From Pavona decussata (Eukaryota), in the NCBI GenBank assembly GCA_977016875.1, contig CDRNST010000310.1, positions 1,240,001-1,304,000 of the forward strand: a stretch of 64,000 nucleotides of DNA, in the 5' to 3' direction. The translations under genes were made by a program, and so were the position numbers. Shown in pieces: positions 24,456-38,486 of the stretch. The stretch's first letter is position 1. Each line of letters starts with the position of its first letter. The notes under the pieces were generated by a model. It was not told the origin of the DNA. It did no database searches and was given only the letters and a program-made list of their open reading frames with translations.

Positions 24456-26519
24456 GTAGTCACTATTCACTATTCATTTATGTTCAATTTTGTTTAGTAA
24501 TTCTTGTTTAGAACCCAGATCATTGTACACATTACCCAGATGCCATGGAAAAAGACAAACGATACTTTCATGCGGGTTGACACGGTTTTCTTTTCCATTG
24601 CTTTTATATCATGCAGGATTTCATTCAACTAGTTTTCCTGATTTCCATGTGGCAAAGGTTTAACTCTTTTAAAAACAGTGTTTTAGTTTAAGACTTTTAT
24701 TGAACGTTGATGCAGCAGTGTACGTAACTTGTCATGTAGTTTCAATTTAAGAAACTTTATAATTGCACTAAAAGTACCGAGCTCAGTGCAAGATGCAAAA
24801 AAATATTTTTGTTCAGTTTCAACCCAGTTCTTAACAATATTCAACCAGTCATTGACCAAAAGCTTAGTCAATAATTTAGTGCTCAATGTGATTTCTACTA
24901 AGTTGTTCTTCACCCAGCAGGAATTTGTATATCTCTGCATGCCGTCTTTACGATCGTGTCTTGCGACGACGAAACGGTCAACTGTGCTTCCGGCTCAGTA
25001 AACATGCTTTACTGATACTCGTGCGGGCATACACGACTCAATACTGAGTTTGCTGCCAACCGTCTCTAAGCCCATTTATTATTTTGCTGATAATTATTGT
25101 AATTATTTTGCTACTGTAAACGTCGTCCTTGCTCTTAGCATCTTAGGTTAGTTTGCACATTGTATCAGTAGTTTTAAGCATAGCCTTGAGGTATAACTAA
25201 AGCAAGATGCAGTGCCTTTTCTTTAGGAAACTGGTGAGGTAAACGATTGGGAAGATTAACATCTGGGGTTCTTGATTTGTGTTGCTACAAAACAACAAAT
25301 CTATAGTAAAAAAAATACAAAGTGTTCCAAGAACATTTCTGTGTGGCATTGTCATGTTGTAAGGCGAAGAGATTCAGTTAATTTTTGTGACATTGCTTTA
25401 GAGAGCAGCACTGAAACATTAAACTACTGTTGTTTTGGTCAATGTTTTTACTAAAAGTATAATTCAAGGTAATGTTGCTTTCCCTACTGGCAAGCTTTCC
25501 CTACAAGCTCAGAGCTTGCCCGACACACGTGCCGGCATACACGACTCACTAGTTAGTTTGTTGGGAACCCTCTCTTAACCCCGTATATTTTCAGTTGATG
25601 ATAATTATTATAATTATTTCACTACCATAAAGGTCTTCCTTGCACTTGGCATCTTACGTTAGTCTGCACATTATATCACTAATTTTAAGCATAGCTTTGA
25701 GGTGTGACTTCAAGATATAATGCCTTTTCTTTAAGTTAATATAAAATATGCAGGATAAAACAAACAACATCAACAGATAAAAAACAAAAACAAATTAAAG
25801 AAGACGGAGGGTGTGGCACGGAGTAGTAATAGGACGGATTCCCAGATGATAACTGCTCCCTATAACTAAGAGAGAGAAGGAAAAGAACTTTAGTCTAAAA
25901 TAGTCAGATAATGAGAACCAAGGAAGCGTAATAATAAAAAAATTAAAGGATAAAGAAGTTATTCAGGTCTGTTTGTAAAAAGAGAGTTTACTAATGTAAA
26001 ACTGATGAGCTTGGATTTTAAAGAATCCTCAGTCCAATCACAGCTTTTACAGTCCTGGGGCAGATTGTTCCAAAGCTAAGCTTAAAAGCTCTCGGGAAAT
26101 CAGAAAAGCTAAAGTAGTTTTGCCGGTGCGTGAAAGATGTGAGAAGATTTGTATGAGTAATGCAAACAATGCAATCTCCTAATGTTTTTTTTTTCTTTTA
26201 CATTGGATATATATCTTCAGTTGTATCTTCCCATTAGATCTCCACGAAATGATTTCTTGTGAACCAAGCCTTACCTTACCTTAATTGGTTTATGTCTGAT
26301 TGCAAATTACTCGTCTTGGTGATTACTAGTTTCCAATAAGCCTTCAACAACCGTGTTAGTCAGTGGCCATTTACCAGGATTGCTGCAATTATTGATGCTT
26401 TAATTTCTCCAAGGTTTGTTAGGGAAATCGATTGTTTAGTGGCTTAGTTGAAGCACCGATAAATAGCTAAGGCAGTTGCAGTAGTAAGACAGTAATATTG
26501 GATGAATGCTGAAGGATGG

Positions 26520-26925
26520 ATGCTGAATTTTAACGAGTAGCCAAGTGCATGATTATGGCACCAGAACAGCCACCCACTATCGATCGCATTCTTGTCGCAC
26601 AAATATTAAGCAATTTACAGTCCTTTACCAAGGTCCCAAAATCTGGAACTCTCTCCCAATATCAATTACTTCTTCATCCAGTTTTCTCACCTTTAAGGAA
26701 AGAATGTTGCAGTTTTTATCTATAAAATCATGAATTGACCAAGCCGCACTTACGCAGCACCATATTTTCTATTTATTAATGACAGCCGAGGTGGCCTCTC
26801 TTATAAGCCTGGTGGTTTCTTGAGGTCTTATTGTAAATTGAATGACTTCTTTTGTTTTTATTATGGAAATTCTTTTGTTTTTAGTATGGAAATAAATGAT
26901 GAGGATGAGGATGAGGATGAGGATG

Positions 26926-26985
<60 letters not shown>
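26520..26985 (+). mobile_element. 5'-truncated LINE (CR1/L2-like) 3' end with (GAT)n tail
   Basis: Encodes HDYGTR...RTNIKQFTVLYQGPKIWNSLP...FK, typical of a LINE ORF2 C-terminus; (GAT/GAG)n at 26896-26985; empty sites at ~10320, 19240, 20530 and 51290. Confidence 0.8.
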
Positions 26986-28175
26986 GTTATGGTGGTGGAG
27001 GGTCTGGTAGATACGCCTGCAATTACAAGTCAACTAACTGCAAAGATCCACAAACACTAATCCCCATGATTTGATCAACATGAATCTAGAGGTTTCCTGA
27101 ACATTTGCCAATACTTAGAGATACAATTAGTTGAAACCACTTGCATCCCCATCATGCGAAGGTAACGGACTGAGAAGATGTAGAGGCACTTTTTGTTAGA
27201 GTAGCTGTGGTTCTTGTTCTCTCAGTAGTGCTCAGGAGCTGAAAGTTCAGTATTGCCATGGCCCAGTGTTGTTGTTTGTTTGGAATAATGAATGTGTCTT
27301 GAGCCAGTTCATCCAACACTTTGTTAGATGAAAATGTTTAATTGTTTAGCCAGATAAATCTTTCAATCTTACACTGAGTTGGTGATATATACGCGAATGA
27401 TTCTCCACTTTATTTTCAATCTCTATTTGCTACTCTGTCATAACGAGTACCTTAACCATAGCTATTATATGATTTAGGTACTTTAGTTAAATCTGAGCTA
27501 CAGGCGAATCTCAGTAGGGGTAAGGTAAGAGAATCCGGATCCCCCCTTTTCAAATCTGGAATTAACTACTTTGTCATCAAATAATCAAACGTCCTCATAG
27601 TAAAGAGAGAAAACGAGCTAAGCAGGAAATTATATTGAATCCAGGTATTAAAATTTGCTGAGGCTAAGCGACAATCCCTTACTTCTGAAACTTAAGTCAG
27701 ATGAATGCGTGGATAGATCAAGATGGGATAAGACTTGCCTTTCATAAAAAATTTTATTTTATTGTTGACATTGATGTTGACTAACATTGTACAGTTTTTA
27801 TTAGAAGACGCAAGAAAAAATGTTTCAAATATTTCTTGGAAATGAGTTTCAACCTTCCATGCATTGCTAGATAAACGTAATAGTGTACAGAAATTAATTG
27901 TGTATGAAGTTCCATGCAATAACGAGATACATTCACCTTGGCATCTACTGTTTTAAAGGTGATATTTGGACCCCTGCAATCAAAACTTTGTGGATCCACC
28001 CCTGATTTCAGGTGTGTTTGTTATTTTTTTGTGATTGTCACTAATGGTGGACTGGTGGTGATAACTGGTGATTTGGTGGTACCCGGGTTGTATTCGATAC
28101 TAAACCTGGTTATTTGTGTCAGTGGTGGTAGTCTTTGTTCATTGTCAGTATGAAAGTGGATTTCATTGTTGTGTT

Positions 28176-28481
28176 TGCTCTGTTGTGGTCGAGGTGGCTG
28201 CCCTGCAGTCTTTTGCTCCCTCAATATGAGTATGTTTAATTTCTTTCTATTTTGATTTGACTCTATTGTGGTCGAGGTGGCTGCAAAGCAGTCTTTTGCT
28301 CCCTCAATATAAGTTTTTTGTTTCCAACTTACAACCTCTCCCCGCATACAAAATTTCCCTACCTTATACCCACTGATTGGTGATTGGGAACCCTTTAACT
28401 AGGTGATCCCATAACTCAACACTTACAATGCCAGAAAGGTTGCTAGCGAATCTACTGTTATCTGTTTTTTTTTTTTTACAA
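28176..28481. mobile_element. Same unclassified insertion with 30-bp direct repeats
   Basis: cagtatgaaagtggatttcattgttgtgtt at 28146-28175 and 28482-28511. Confidence 0.7.
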
Positions 28482-30494
28482 CAGTATGAAAGTGGATTTC
28501 ATTGTTGTGTTCGCAGTGATATTGCATGTCCCATAACGGCTGTCTTAGTATTGTACTTTACACATATCATAGCCTTCGAGCTTCTGTCCTGGCTATGGCA
28601 GTATTGATTGAAGTCCCAGTTAGATGCTTTTATAGTGTTAGATATGATTTACTTTGTAAAAATCGTACCAAGTAATAGTTGAACGGTGCTTATTATTTTG
28701 CCTGTTCATTGCCAGTAATTGCATGGGTACTTGTTAAAAAAAGTTGTTGAAGTTGTGTATGGTCATTGTAATTGTCTGAGTAGTAGAGGTACTTGTTCAA
28801 GTTGCAGTGTTTGTGGTGTTTTTTGTAGGTAATTGTCAGTACTCAGTAGTGGTCGGGAGCTGTTGATGTGTTTCTGATTTTCATTGGTGGTTGTTGTGAT
28901 AGTTGCCTGTAGTGGAAAATGTGTATGATGCATTAGTTGCAGTAAGGTAGTCATACTTGTGATGGTAGCCTACCATTACATAGAGTGCCAGTCATAAGAT
29001 GTCAGAAGCCATGATCATGATTGTGTTCAGCATATTTTTTCCAGTGGCAGTGATTGAGGTTTCATTAAAGGATGTGTTGATGTAAATTGATTGAAGTAAG
29101 ACTCTAACAATTGTGTCAAAAAGTTCTTGCCATGACATGGGTTTTATCATTGTCATAATGGCTGAAGATGGCACAGTGGTGGTATTAGAGATCAAGGTGA
29201 TTTTAGCGGTTATAGTAGTGTTTGCTGCTGTTCTGACACTAGTGATTCCAGTACAGTGGTAGAACCAATTGTTATATGTAACTAATTGTTGTAATGTGAT
29301 TATGATAGATTATGTGAGAGTGGTAGTAGTGCATGCTAGACATGGTACTGGGTTAGACTAGTTACCGGTGTCAAGATTGAGTAGTCGCAGTTGTATTAAG
29401 TCGGTAATGATGGTGTTATGATGGGTGCGGTTGTAGCTGTCATAGTAGGTGGTTGTGGTATATTTACTTGCTTTAGCAATCGGGGTGGCTTTGATGGTGG
29501 TAGAAGTTCTGTGTTCCAGATTATTGACCGTTTATCAAGCACGAAAGAAGGCCGGTACCGATCATGATAAAACAAACAATTTCTGTATACTTATTGCATC
29601 AGTGGTACTGGATGTAATTGTGCGTGAAATAAGAAAACATGTGTTGTCGTAACACGACCCTACAAGCTATTGTTTTAAAACCCATCGTGTAACTTACAAG
29701 CCAGTGAGTGGAGTTGCATGAGTCGCTATAAGACAGGAGTATTACAATAAGTTATGTGAAGGGCGAAGGTAGCACATTAGAAAATGTCAATACAGCATTT
29801 AATACCAAATTGCGTGAAGTTAAAATTTTTGTTCAGTGGGCCCTTGTATTGCTTGAAGGTTAGTTTAGTTGACTGATGAGCTGTTCTATAACTGAAAACA
29901 TCGAGTGCATGTTACGTAAGAGGTGCTTTTAGGTTATTAGTTGTTGATGTGCCAGCTAACCGGCGAAAATCTGATCTTTGTATCAAAACCATTTATGTTT
30001 GAATGCGGACCTGGGTGATGTGAGAGTTATCTGTTGACTTGAGGTCTGTTTGCTAACCAGGTTGGAAGGAGTTAACGATATTAATGACCCGGCGAGTTGC
30101 TGGAGTCAGTCGAGTGCCGGAGTGCGGAAAGGTATAAATTAAGTCTAAACATTTTAATAGTTTGTTTTGTTTAGACTACAGATATAGCGACTTGGGGTGG
30201 TAGAATGGATTGAAGAAAGCTTTCTTGCCTAAAGGAAGCCAGCTATTGAGCTACCAAATTTCAAACAGTTGGAGGCGCTCGCTAGTCGACCACCTGCACT
30301 TGACAATTCATAAATTGCAGTTGGACAACTTACAGACAAGCATTCAACTTTATGTAAATAAAAACAAAACGAAAAAAGGATATATGTCGCTCACCTTCGA
30401 AAACTAAATTGTTTTATTTACTAGTTTTATTACAGGATGAGCTATCGTTTAAAGTTGATGGTGCATGTTAAGTTTTTCTTTAGAAGACAACTGT

Positions 30495-31085
30495 TTACTG
30501 AGAAGTTTCAAGGCACTGAACATGATAGTTTCTTTCAAAGTTATTGTCCCAAAACTCGTATCCAGCGACACGATAGCGAATTGCAAATTCAATTTGCATA
30601 TCAACTTCAAAATCCACCGGAGCTGTAATTCGAAAGCTAAATTGTTCCGTTTTTCCATCCAGATTTGAGGACAAATAATCCGCCCAAACATCTCGGAAGT
30701 TGATCCAGCCGTCAAGTGTGTATCTCACTGTAATCTCTTTAGCATAACCTATGTTTGTCACTCGTACAACCCCCGTAACAACCATATCGTCGCAAGAGAT
30801 ACTTTCGAGACAAACGTTCTATTTAAAGACGCGCTCCATGAAAGAATCTGTTTTACATGGCTCAGCGAAACTTGGCGACAGGTATTTTATTCTCTGTCGT
30901 GAAGTGTGCATGTGTAAGCCGCAGCTGTTGTTGTCCGTGGCTGTATGGCAGACAGTCACGTCATCTTCTTTGCTGTATGGAGGTATGGTTTTCACGTTCT
31001 CGAGCGTAAAACCAGCGCTGTCTGCAAAAGAAACCTTCTTCTTTACCGGCCTCGTTGGAGTAGAGTTTCCGCCCGGCCCATTCAT
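30495..31085 (-). pseudogene. PPP1R3: PPP1R3 array copy A3 with a nonsense codon at the start of CBM21
   Basis: CAG (Q in sister copies) is TAG at 30819-30821; ORFs 30819..31085 and 30495..30785 are in the same frame. Confidence 0.88.
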
Positions 31086-31178
31086 AAGCTTTCCGACTTG
31101 AGGTAATCAGTTTAGTCACGAATTCGGGTGGCCAGCTACAATCTTCAAACCAGACATACTGATGAATGTAATTTGCGC

Positions 31179-31213
31179 TTTTATAATTGCCACTTCTGAA
31201 TCTTGTGACGTCA
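31179..31213 (-). promoter_or_regulatory. CRE+TATA of A3
   Basis: TGACGTCA 31206-31213; TATAAAA 31179-31185. Confidence 0.68.
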
Positions 31214-31428
31214 TCTCTTGAAAGTTCGTCTTGAATTAAAGTGCTCGTTATGAACCGATTTGAATTTCTGGTAAGGATAACGAATGAAACGTAAGTAACC
31301 GATTTCAACAAAGGTTTAAAACCTCACAACTGATGGAACGGCTGTTAGTCTTAAAGTTTAGCACAATTTTAAATCCGGTAAGCTTGTACATTCCGTGGAC
31401 GAGAAAGTTGATGAACTTTTTTAGTGAT

Positions 31429-31545
31429 CAATTGGTAGAGCACTGCACCGGTATTGCAGAGGTTATGGGTTCGAATCCCGTTCAGGCCTGATTTTTTTCC
31501 AGGCTTTCTTTTCGCAAGTACTTAAGTTGCGTACAGAACTGCGAT
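31429..31545 (+). mobile_element. tRNA-derived SINE fragment, unit A3
   Basis: Same sequence as 24339-24455. Confidence 0.72.
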
Positions 31546-32189
31546 AGTCGTTTACTTATTTATGTTCAATTTTGCTTAGTAATTCTTGTTTAGAACCCAG
31601 AACATTATAAACATTTCCCGGATGCCATCGAAAAAGACAAAAGATACTTTCGTGCGGGTTGACATGGTTTTCTTTTCCATTGCTTTTATATCATGCAGGA
31701 TTTCATTCAACTAGTTTTCCTGATTTCCATGTGGCAAAGGTTTAACTTTTTTAAAAACAATGTTTTAGTCTAAGACCTGTATTGAACGTGGATGCAGCAG
31801 TGTACGTAACTTGTCATGTGGTTTCATGATTTAAGAAACTTTATAATTGCACTAAACTGAGTACCGAGCTCAGTACAAGATGCAAAAAAATATTTTTGTT
31901 TCAACCCAGTTCTTAACAATATTCAGCCAATCATTGACCAAAAGCTTAGTCAATAATTTAGTGCTCAATGTGATTTCTACTAAGTTGTTCTTCACCCAGC
32001 AGGAATTTGTATATCTCTGCATGCCGTCTTTATGATCGTGTCTTGCGACGACGAAACGGTGAACTGTGCTTCCGGCTCCAAGGTTTGTTAGGGAAATCGA
32101 TTGTTCAGTGGCTGTAGTTGAAGCACCGATAAATAGCTCAAAGTCAGTTGCAGTGGTAAGACAGTAATACTGGATGAATGCTGAAGGAT

Positions 32190-32580
32190 GAATGCTGAAT
32201 TTTAACAAGTAGCCAAGTGCATAATTATGGCACCAGAACAGCCAACCACTATCGATCGCATTCTTGTCGCACAAATCTTAAGCAATTTACAGTGCTTTAC
32301 CAAGATCCCAAAATCTGGAACTCTCTCCCAATATCAATCACTTCTTCATCTAGTTTTCTCACCTTTAAGGAAAGACTGTTGCAGTTTTTATCTATAAATC
32401 ATGAATTGACCAAGCCGCACTTACGCAGCACCATATTTTCTATTAATTAATGACAGCCGAGGTGGCCTCTCTTATAAGCCTAGTGGTTTCTTGAGGTCTC
32501 GCCATTATTGTAAATTGAATGACTTCTTTTGTTTTTAGTATGGAAATGAATGATGATGATGATGATGATGATGATGATGG
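32190..32580 (+). mobile_element. Same LINE 3' fragment with (GAT)n tail
   Basis: ORF 32217..32450 followed by (GAT)n. Confidence 0.8.
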
Positions 32581-35500
32581 TGGTCTATAGTTATCTGTGG
32601 TTGTTATGGAGGTGGAGGTTCTTGTAGATACGCCTGCAATTACAAGTCAACTAACTACAAAGATCCCCAAACACTAATCCCCATGATTTGGTCAACATGG
32701 ATCTAGAATTTTCCTGAACATTTGCCAATGCTTAGATTTACAATTAGTTGAAAACCACATGCATCCCCATCATGCGAAGGTAACGGACTAAGAAGATTTA
32801 GAGGCACTTTTTGTTAGAGTAGCTGTGGTTCTTGTTCTCTCAGTAGTGCTCAGGAGCTGAAAGTTCAGTATTGCCATGGCCCAGCGTTGTTGTTTGTTTG
32901 GAATAATGACTGTCTCTTGAGCCAGTTCATCCAACACTTTGTTAGCTGAAAATGTTTAATTGTTTAGCCAGATAAATCTTTCAATCTTACACTGAGTTGG
33001 TGATATATGCGTGAATGATTCTCCACTTTATTTTCAATCTCTATTTGCTACTCTGTCATAACGAGTATCTTCACCATATTTATTATATGATTTAAGTACT
33101 TTAGTTAAATCTGAGCTACAGGCGAATCTCAGTAGGGGTAAGGTAAGGGGATCCAGTTCTCCCTTTTCAAATCTGAAATTAATTGCTTTGTCATCAAATA
33201 ATCAAACGTGTTCATAGCAATTAGAGAAAACGAGCTACGCAGGAAATTGAATCAGGTATTAAAATTTGCTGAGGCAAAGCGACAATTTCTTTCTTCTCAA
33301 ACTCAAGTTAGATGAATGCGTGGATAGATCAAGGAAGGATTAAGACTTGCCTTTCATATAAATTTTATTGTGTTATTGACATTGATGTTGACTAACATTT
33401 TACAGTTTTTATTAGAAGACGCAAGAAAAAATGTTTCAAAGATTTCTTGAAATGAGTTTCAACCTTGCATGCATTGCAAGATAAACGTAATGGTGTACAG
33501 AAATTAATTGTGTATGAAGTTCCACGCAGTAACGAGATACATTTTCCTTGGCATCTACTGTTTTAAAGGTGATATTTGGACCTCTGCAATCAAAACTTTG
33601 TGGATCCACCCCTGATTTCAGGTGTTTTTGTTATTTTTTGTGATTGTCACTAGTGGTGGACTGGTGGTGATAACTCACTGGTGATGGTGGTACCCGGGTG
33701 GTATTCGATACTAGACCTGGCCTTGCTTGTCTCAGTGGTGGTAGTCTCTGTTCATTGTCAGTATGAAAGTGGATCTCATTCTGTTGTGTTCGCATTGATT
33801 GCATGTGCTATAACGGTTGTGTTAGTATTGTACTTTACACATATCATGACCTTCGAACTTCTGTCGTGGCTATGGTAGTACTGATTGGAAGTTTTAGGAA
33901 ACGGAATCTTATCTGCCGAATTTACAAGCTGTTGTTGCGTTTTGACAAGAAGTCAAAACTTCAACGCTAAATAGAAATCCGTTTTTGTTTTGTTTTTGTT
34001 TTGTATTTTTCTTTTCATTCAGTGTACGCAAGTCGTGATGACTTTTCAGTTCACATAAGAGGTTTTTTTTAATTGAATCGCTACAGAAGTTAATATAAAA
34101 TAGGCAGGATAAAACAAGCAACATCAACGATAAAAAAAACAAGAACAAATTAAAGAAGATGGAGGGTGTGGCAGGGAGTAGTAATAGGACGGATTCCCAG
34201 ATGACAACTGCTCCCTATAACTAAGAAAGAGAAGAAAAAGAACTTAAGTCTAAAAGAATAATAATAAGATAATGAGAACCAAGAAAGTGTAATAATGAAA
34301 AAATTAAAGGATAAAGAAGTTATTCAGGTCTGTTTGTAAGAAGGGAGTTTACTAATGTAAACAGTGATGAGCTTGGATTTCAAAGAATCCTCAGTCCAAT
34401 TACAGCTTTTATAGTCCTGGGGCAGATTGTTCCAAAGCTTAGCTTAAAAGCTCTCATAAAAAATAAGAGAAGCTAAAGTAGTTTTGCCGGTGCGTGAAAG
34501 ATGTGAGAAGATTCGTATGAGTAATGCAAACAATGCAATCCCCAAATATTTTTTTTTCTTTTACATGGATATATATCTTCAGTTCTGGTAGATACACCTG
34601 CAATTACAAGTCAACTAACTGCAAAGATCCACAAGCACTGATCCCCATGATTTGGTCAACATGAATCTAGAGTTTTCCTGAACATTTGCCAATATACTTA
34701 GAGATACAATTAGTAGAAACCACATGCATCCACATCATGCGAAGGTAAGGGACTGAGAAGATGTAGGGGCACTTTTTGTTAGAGTGGCTGTGGTTTTTGT
34801 TCTTTAAGTAGTGCTCAGGGGGTGCGGAAAGTTCAGTGTTTTTATGGCAGCAGTGGTTAAAAACTTGTGGTGTTAATGGACCAGCGTTGTTGTTCGTTTG
34901 GAATAATGACTGTCTTTTGAGCCAGTTCATCCAACACTTTGTTAGATGAAAATTGTTTAAGTTTTCACCAGCCAGATTAATCTCTCAATCTTTCAGTTGG
35001 TGATATTTACACGAATAATTCTCCACTTCATTTTCAATTTTAATGTGTTACTGTCACCATAGCTATGATTAAGGTACTTCAGTTAAATCTGAGCTACCGG
35101 CGAATCTCTGGGTAAGGTGAGGAGATCCAGATCCCCCTTTTCAAATCTGAAATTATCTACTTTGTCATCAACTTTGTAATCAAGTGTGTTCATACTAAAG
35201 AGACAAAACGAGTGAATCCAGGTTTTAAAATTTGCTAAGACTAAGCAACAATTCCTTATTTCTGAGACTCAAGTCAGATGAATGCATGGGTAGACAAAGG
35301 CAGGATAGGACTTGCCTTCTATATAAAATTTTATTATATTGTTGACATTGATGTTGACCAACATTGTACAATTTATATCAGAAGACACAAGAAAAAATGT
35401 TTCAAACATTTCTTGGAAGTGAGTTTCAACCTTCCATACATTGCTAGATAAAGGTAATGGTGTACAGAAATTAATTGTGTATGACGTTCCATGCAATAGA

Positions 35501-37773
35501 CACATTTCCCTTGGCATCTACTGTTTTAAAGGTGATTTTTTACCCCTGCAATCAAAACTTTTGTGGATCCACTCTTAATCTCAGGTATTTTTGTTATTTT
35601 TGTTTTGATTGTCACTAGTGGTGGACGTGGTGGTGAAAACTGGTGATGGTGGTACCCAGGTGGTATTTAGTAGTCTTTGTTCATTGTCAGTATGAAAGTG
35701 GATTTTATTGTTGTGTTGGCATTGATATTGCATGTGCTATAACGGTTGTACATATCATAGACTTCGAGCTTCTGTCGTGGCTATGGCAGTATTGATTGAA
35801 GTTCCAGTTAGATGCTTTGTAAAAATCGTACCTAGTAATAGTTGAACGGTGCTTATTATTTTGCCTGTTCATTGGCAGTAATTGGGTACTTGGTAAGTAA
35901 ACGAGTTGTCTAAGTTGTGTAATGGTCATTGTAATTGTCTGAGTAGTAGAGGTACTTGTTCAAGTTGCAGTTTGTAGGGTTTTTTGTAGGTAATTGTCAG
36001 TTGTGGTTGAGAGCTGTTGATGTGATTCTGATTTTCATTGGTGGTTGCTGTGATAGTTGCTTGTAGTGGAAAATATGTATGATGTGTTAGTTACAGTAAG
36101 GTAGTCATACTTGTGATGGCAGCCCACCATTACATAGAGTGTCAGTCATGATGTCAGTAGCCATGATCATGAATGTGTTAATCATAATTTTGTCCTGGCA
36201 GTGATTGAGGTTTCATAAGAGGATGTGTTAATGGTAAGTGGATTGAAGCAAGACTCTAACAATTGTGTCAAAAGGTTCTTGCCATGACATGGGTTTTATC
36301 ACTGTCATAATGTCTGAACATGACACAGTGGTGGTATTGGAGATTAAGGTGATTTTAGCGGTTGTAGTAGTGTTTGCTGCTGTTCTGACACTAGTGATTC
36401 CAGTACAGTGGTAGAACTAATTGTTACTGATATCAGTCAGTAATAATTGTAATGTGATTATGATAAAAAGTAATTGTACATGTGGCAGTGGTAGTGGTGC
36501 ATGTTGGTCATGGTACTAGGCTAGAGTTACCGGCGTCAAGTTTAATATGACAGTAGTCGCAGTTGTGTTAAGTCGGTAATGATGGTGTTATGATGGGTGT
36601 GGTTGTAGCTGTCTTAGTAGGTGGTTGTGGTATATGTACTTGCTGTAGTAATTGGGATGGCTTTGATGGTGGTAGAAGTTCTGTGTTCCAGACAATCGAC
36701 CGTTTATCAAGCACGAAATAAGGCCGGCACAGATCATGACAAAACAAACAATTTCAGTATACATATATTGCATCAATGGCACTGGCCGGATGTAGTTGTG
36801 CGTAAAATAAGGAAAAATGTGTTGTCGTAACCCCACAAGCTATTGCATTTACAAGCCAGTGAGTGGAGTTGCATGAGTCACTATAAGACAGGAGTGTTAT
36901 ACAAAGTTATGTGAAGCTGAAATATCCAAGGGCGAAGGTAGCACAGTAGAAAATGTACTGTCAATGCGGCATTTAATACCAAATTGCGTGAAGTTAACAT
37001 TTTGGTTTAGTGAGATCTTGCATTGCTTGAAGGTTAGTTTAGTTGACCGACAAGAAGGGAGCTGTTCGATAACTGAAAGCAGTGAGTCCATGAAAGAGGT
37101 GCTTTTGGGGTATTAGGAGGGAGTCTAGGTTGCAGAGGTACTGGACTTGTGTCAGTTTAGAATAGTCAAAGGATGTATCAGCCAACCGGCGAAAACCTGA
37201 TCTTTGTATCGAAAACATTCATGTTTGAGTGTGGGCCTGGGTGATGTGAGAGTTATCTGTTGAGTGGAGGTCTGCGTCCCGACAATGTAGAAAGGAGTTA
37301 ACGATATTAATGACTCGGTGAGTTGCTGGAGTCAGTCGACGGCCGGAGTGCGGAACCTTCGTCAGTGTACGCTTCAACATGGCAACAATAAACGTGAGCC
37401 GACTTAACCGATATAAATTAATTCTAAACATTTTAATAGTTTGTTTTGTTTAGACTACAGATGAAGTGAGTTGTGGTGGTAGATTGAATTGAAGAAAGGT
37501 TTCTTGCCTAAAGGAAACCAGCTATTGAGCTACCAAATTTCAAACAGTTGGAGGCGCTCCGTAGTTGACCACATGCACTTTTCAATTCATAAATTGCAGT
37601 TGGACAACTTACAGACAAGCATTTAACTTTATGTAAATAAAAACAAAAAGAAAAGAGGATGCATGTCGCTCACCTTCGAAAACTAAATTGTTTTATTCAC
37701 TAGTTTTATTACAGAATGAGCTATCGTTTAAAGTTGATGGTGCATGTTAAGTTTTTCTTTAGAAGACAACTGT

Positions 37774-38358
37774 TCACTGAGCAATTTCAAGGCACTGAAC
37801 ATGATAGTTCCTTCCAAAGTTATTGTCCCAAAACTCGTATCCACCGACACGGTAGCGAATTGCAAATTCAACTTCCAGATCAACTTTTAAATCTACCGGA
37901 GCTGTAATTCGAAAGCTAAATTGTTCCGTTTTTCCATCCAGATTTGAGGACAAATAATCCGCCCAAACATCTCGGAAGTTGATCCAGCCGTCAAGCGTAT
38001 ATCTCACTGTCACCTCTTTAGCATAACCTATGTTTGTCACTCGTATAACCCCCGTAACAACCATATCGTCGCAAGTGATACTTTCGAGACAAACGTACTG
38101 TTTAAAGACGCGCTCTATGAAAGAATCTGTTTTACATGGCTCAGCGAAACTTGGCGACAGGTATTTCACTCTCTGTCGTGAAGCGTGCATGTGTAAGCCG
38201 TTGTTGTCCGTGGCTGTATGGCAGACAGTCACCTCATTTTCTTTGCTGTATGGAGGTATAGTTTTCACGTTCTCAAGGGCGAAACCAAAGCTGTCTGCAA
38301 AAGAAACCTTCTTCTTTATCGACCTCGTTGGAGTAGAGTTTTCGCTTGACCCATTCAT
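37774..38358 (-). CDS. PPP1R3: PPP1R3-family subunit, array copy A4, intact, 194 aa
   Basis: KKKVSFAD plus complete CBM21 (GVIRVTN..K, DGW, EFAIRY, WDNN). Confidence 0.92.
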   Translation of the reverse strand: MNGSSENSTPTRSIKKKVSFADSFGFALENVKTIPPYSKENEVTVCHTATDNNGLHMHASRQRVKYLSPSFAEPCKTDSFIERVFKQYVCLESITCDDMVVTGVIRVTNIGYAKEVTVRYTLDGWINFRDVWADYLSSNLDGKTEQFSFRITAPVDLKVDLEVEFAIRYRVGGYEFWDNNFGRNYHVQCLEIAQ

Positions 38359-38451
38359 AAGCTTTCTGACTTGAAGTAATCGTTTTAGTCACGAATTCGG
38401 GTGGCCGGCCGCAAAGTACAAACCCAACATACTGATGAATATAATTTGCGC

Positions 38452-38486
38452 TTTTATAATTGCCACTTCGGAATCTTGTGACGTCA
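38452..38486 (-). promoter_or_regulatory. CRE+TATA of A4
   Basis: TGACGTCA 38479-38486; TATAAAA 38452-38458. Confidence 0.7.

Noticed and set aside
26820-27074. Acidic poly-Asp protein, reminiscent of skeletal acid-rich proteins
   Set aside because: It is the translation of the (GAT)n tail of a LINE insertion; TTG start, no signal peptide, and tail length varies among copies.
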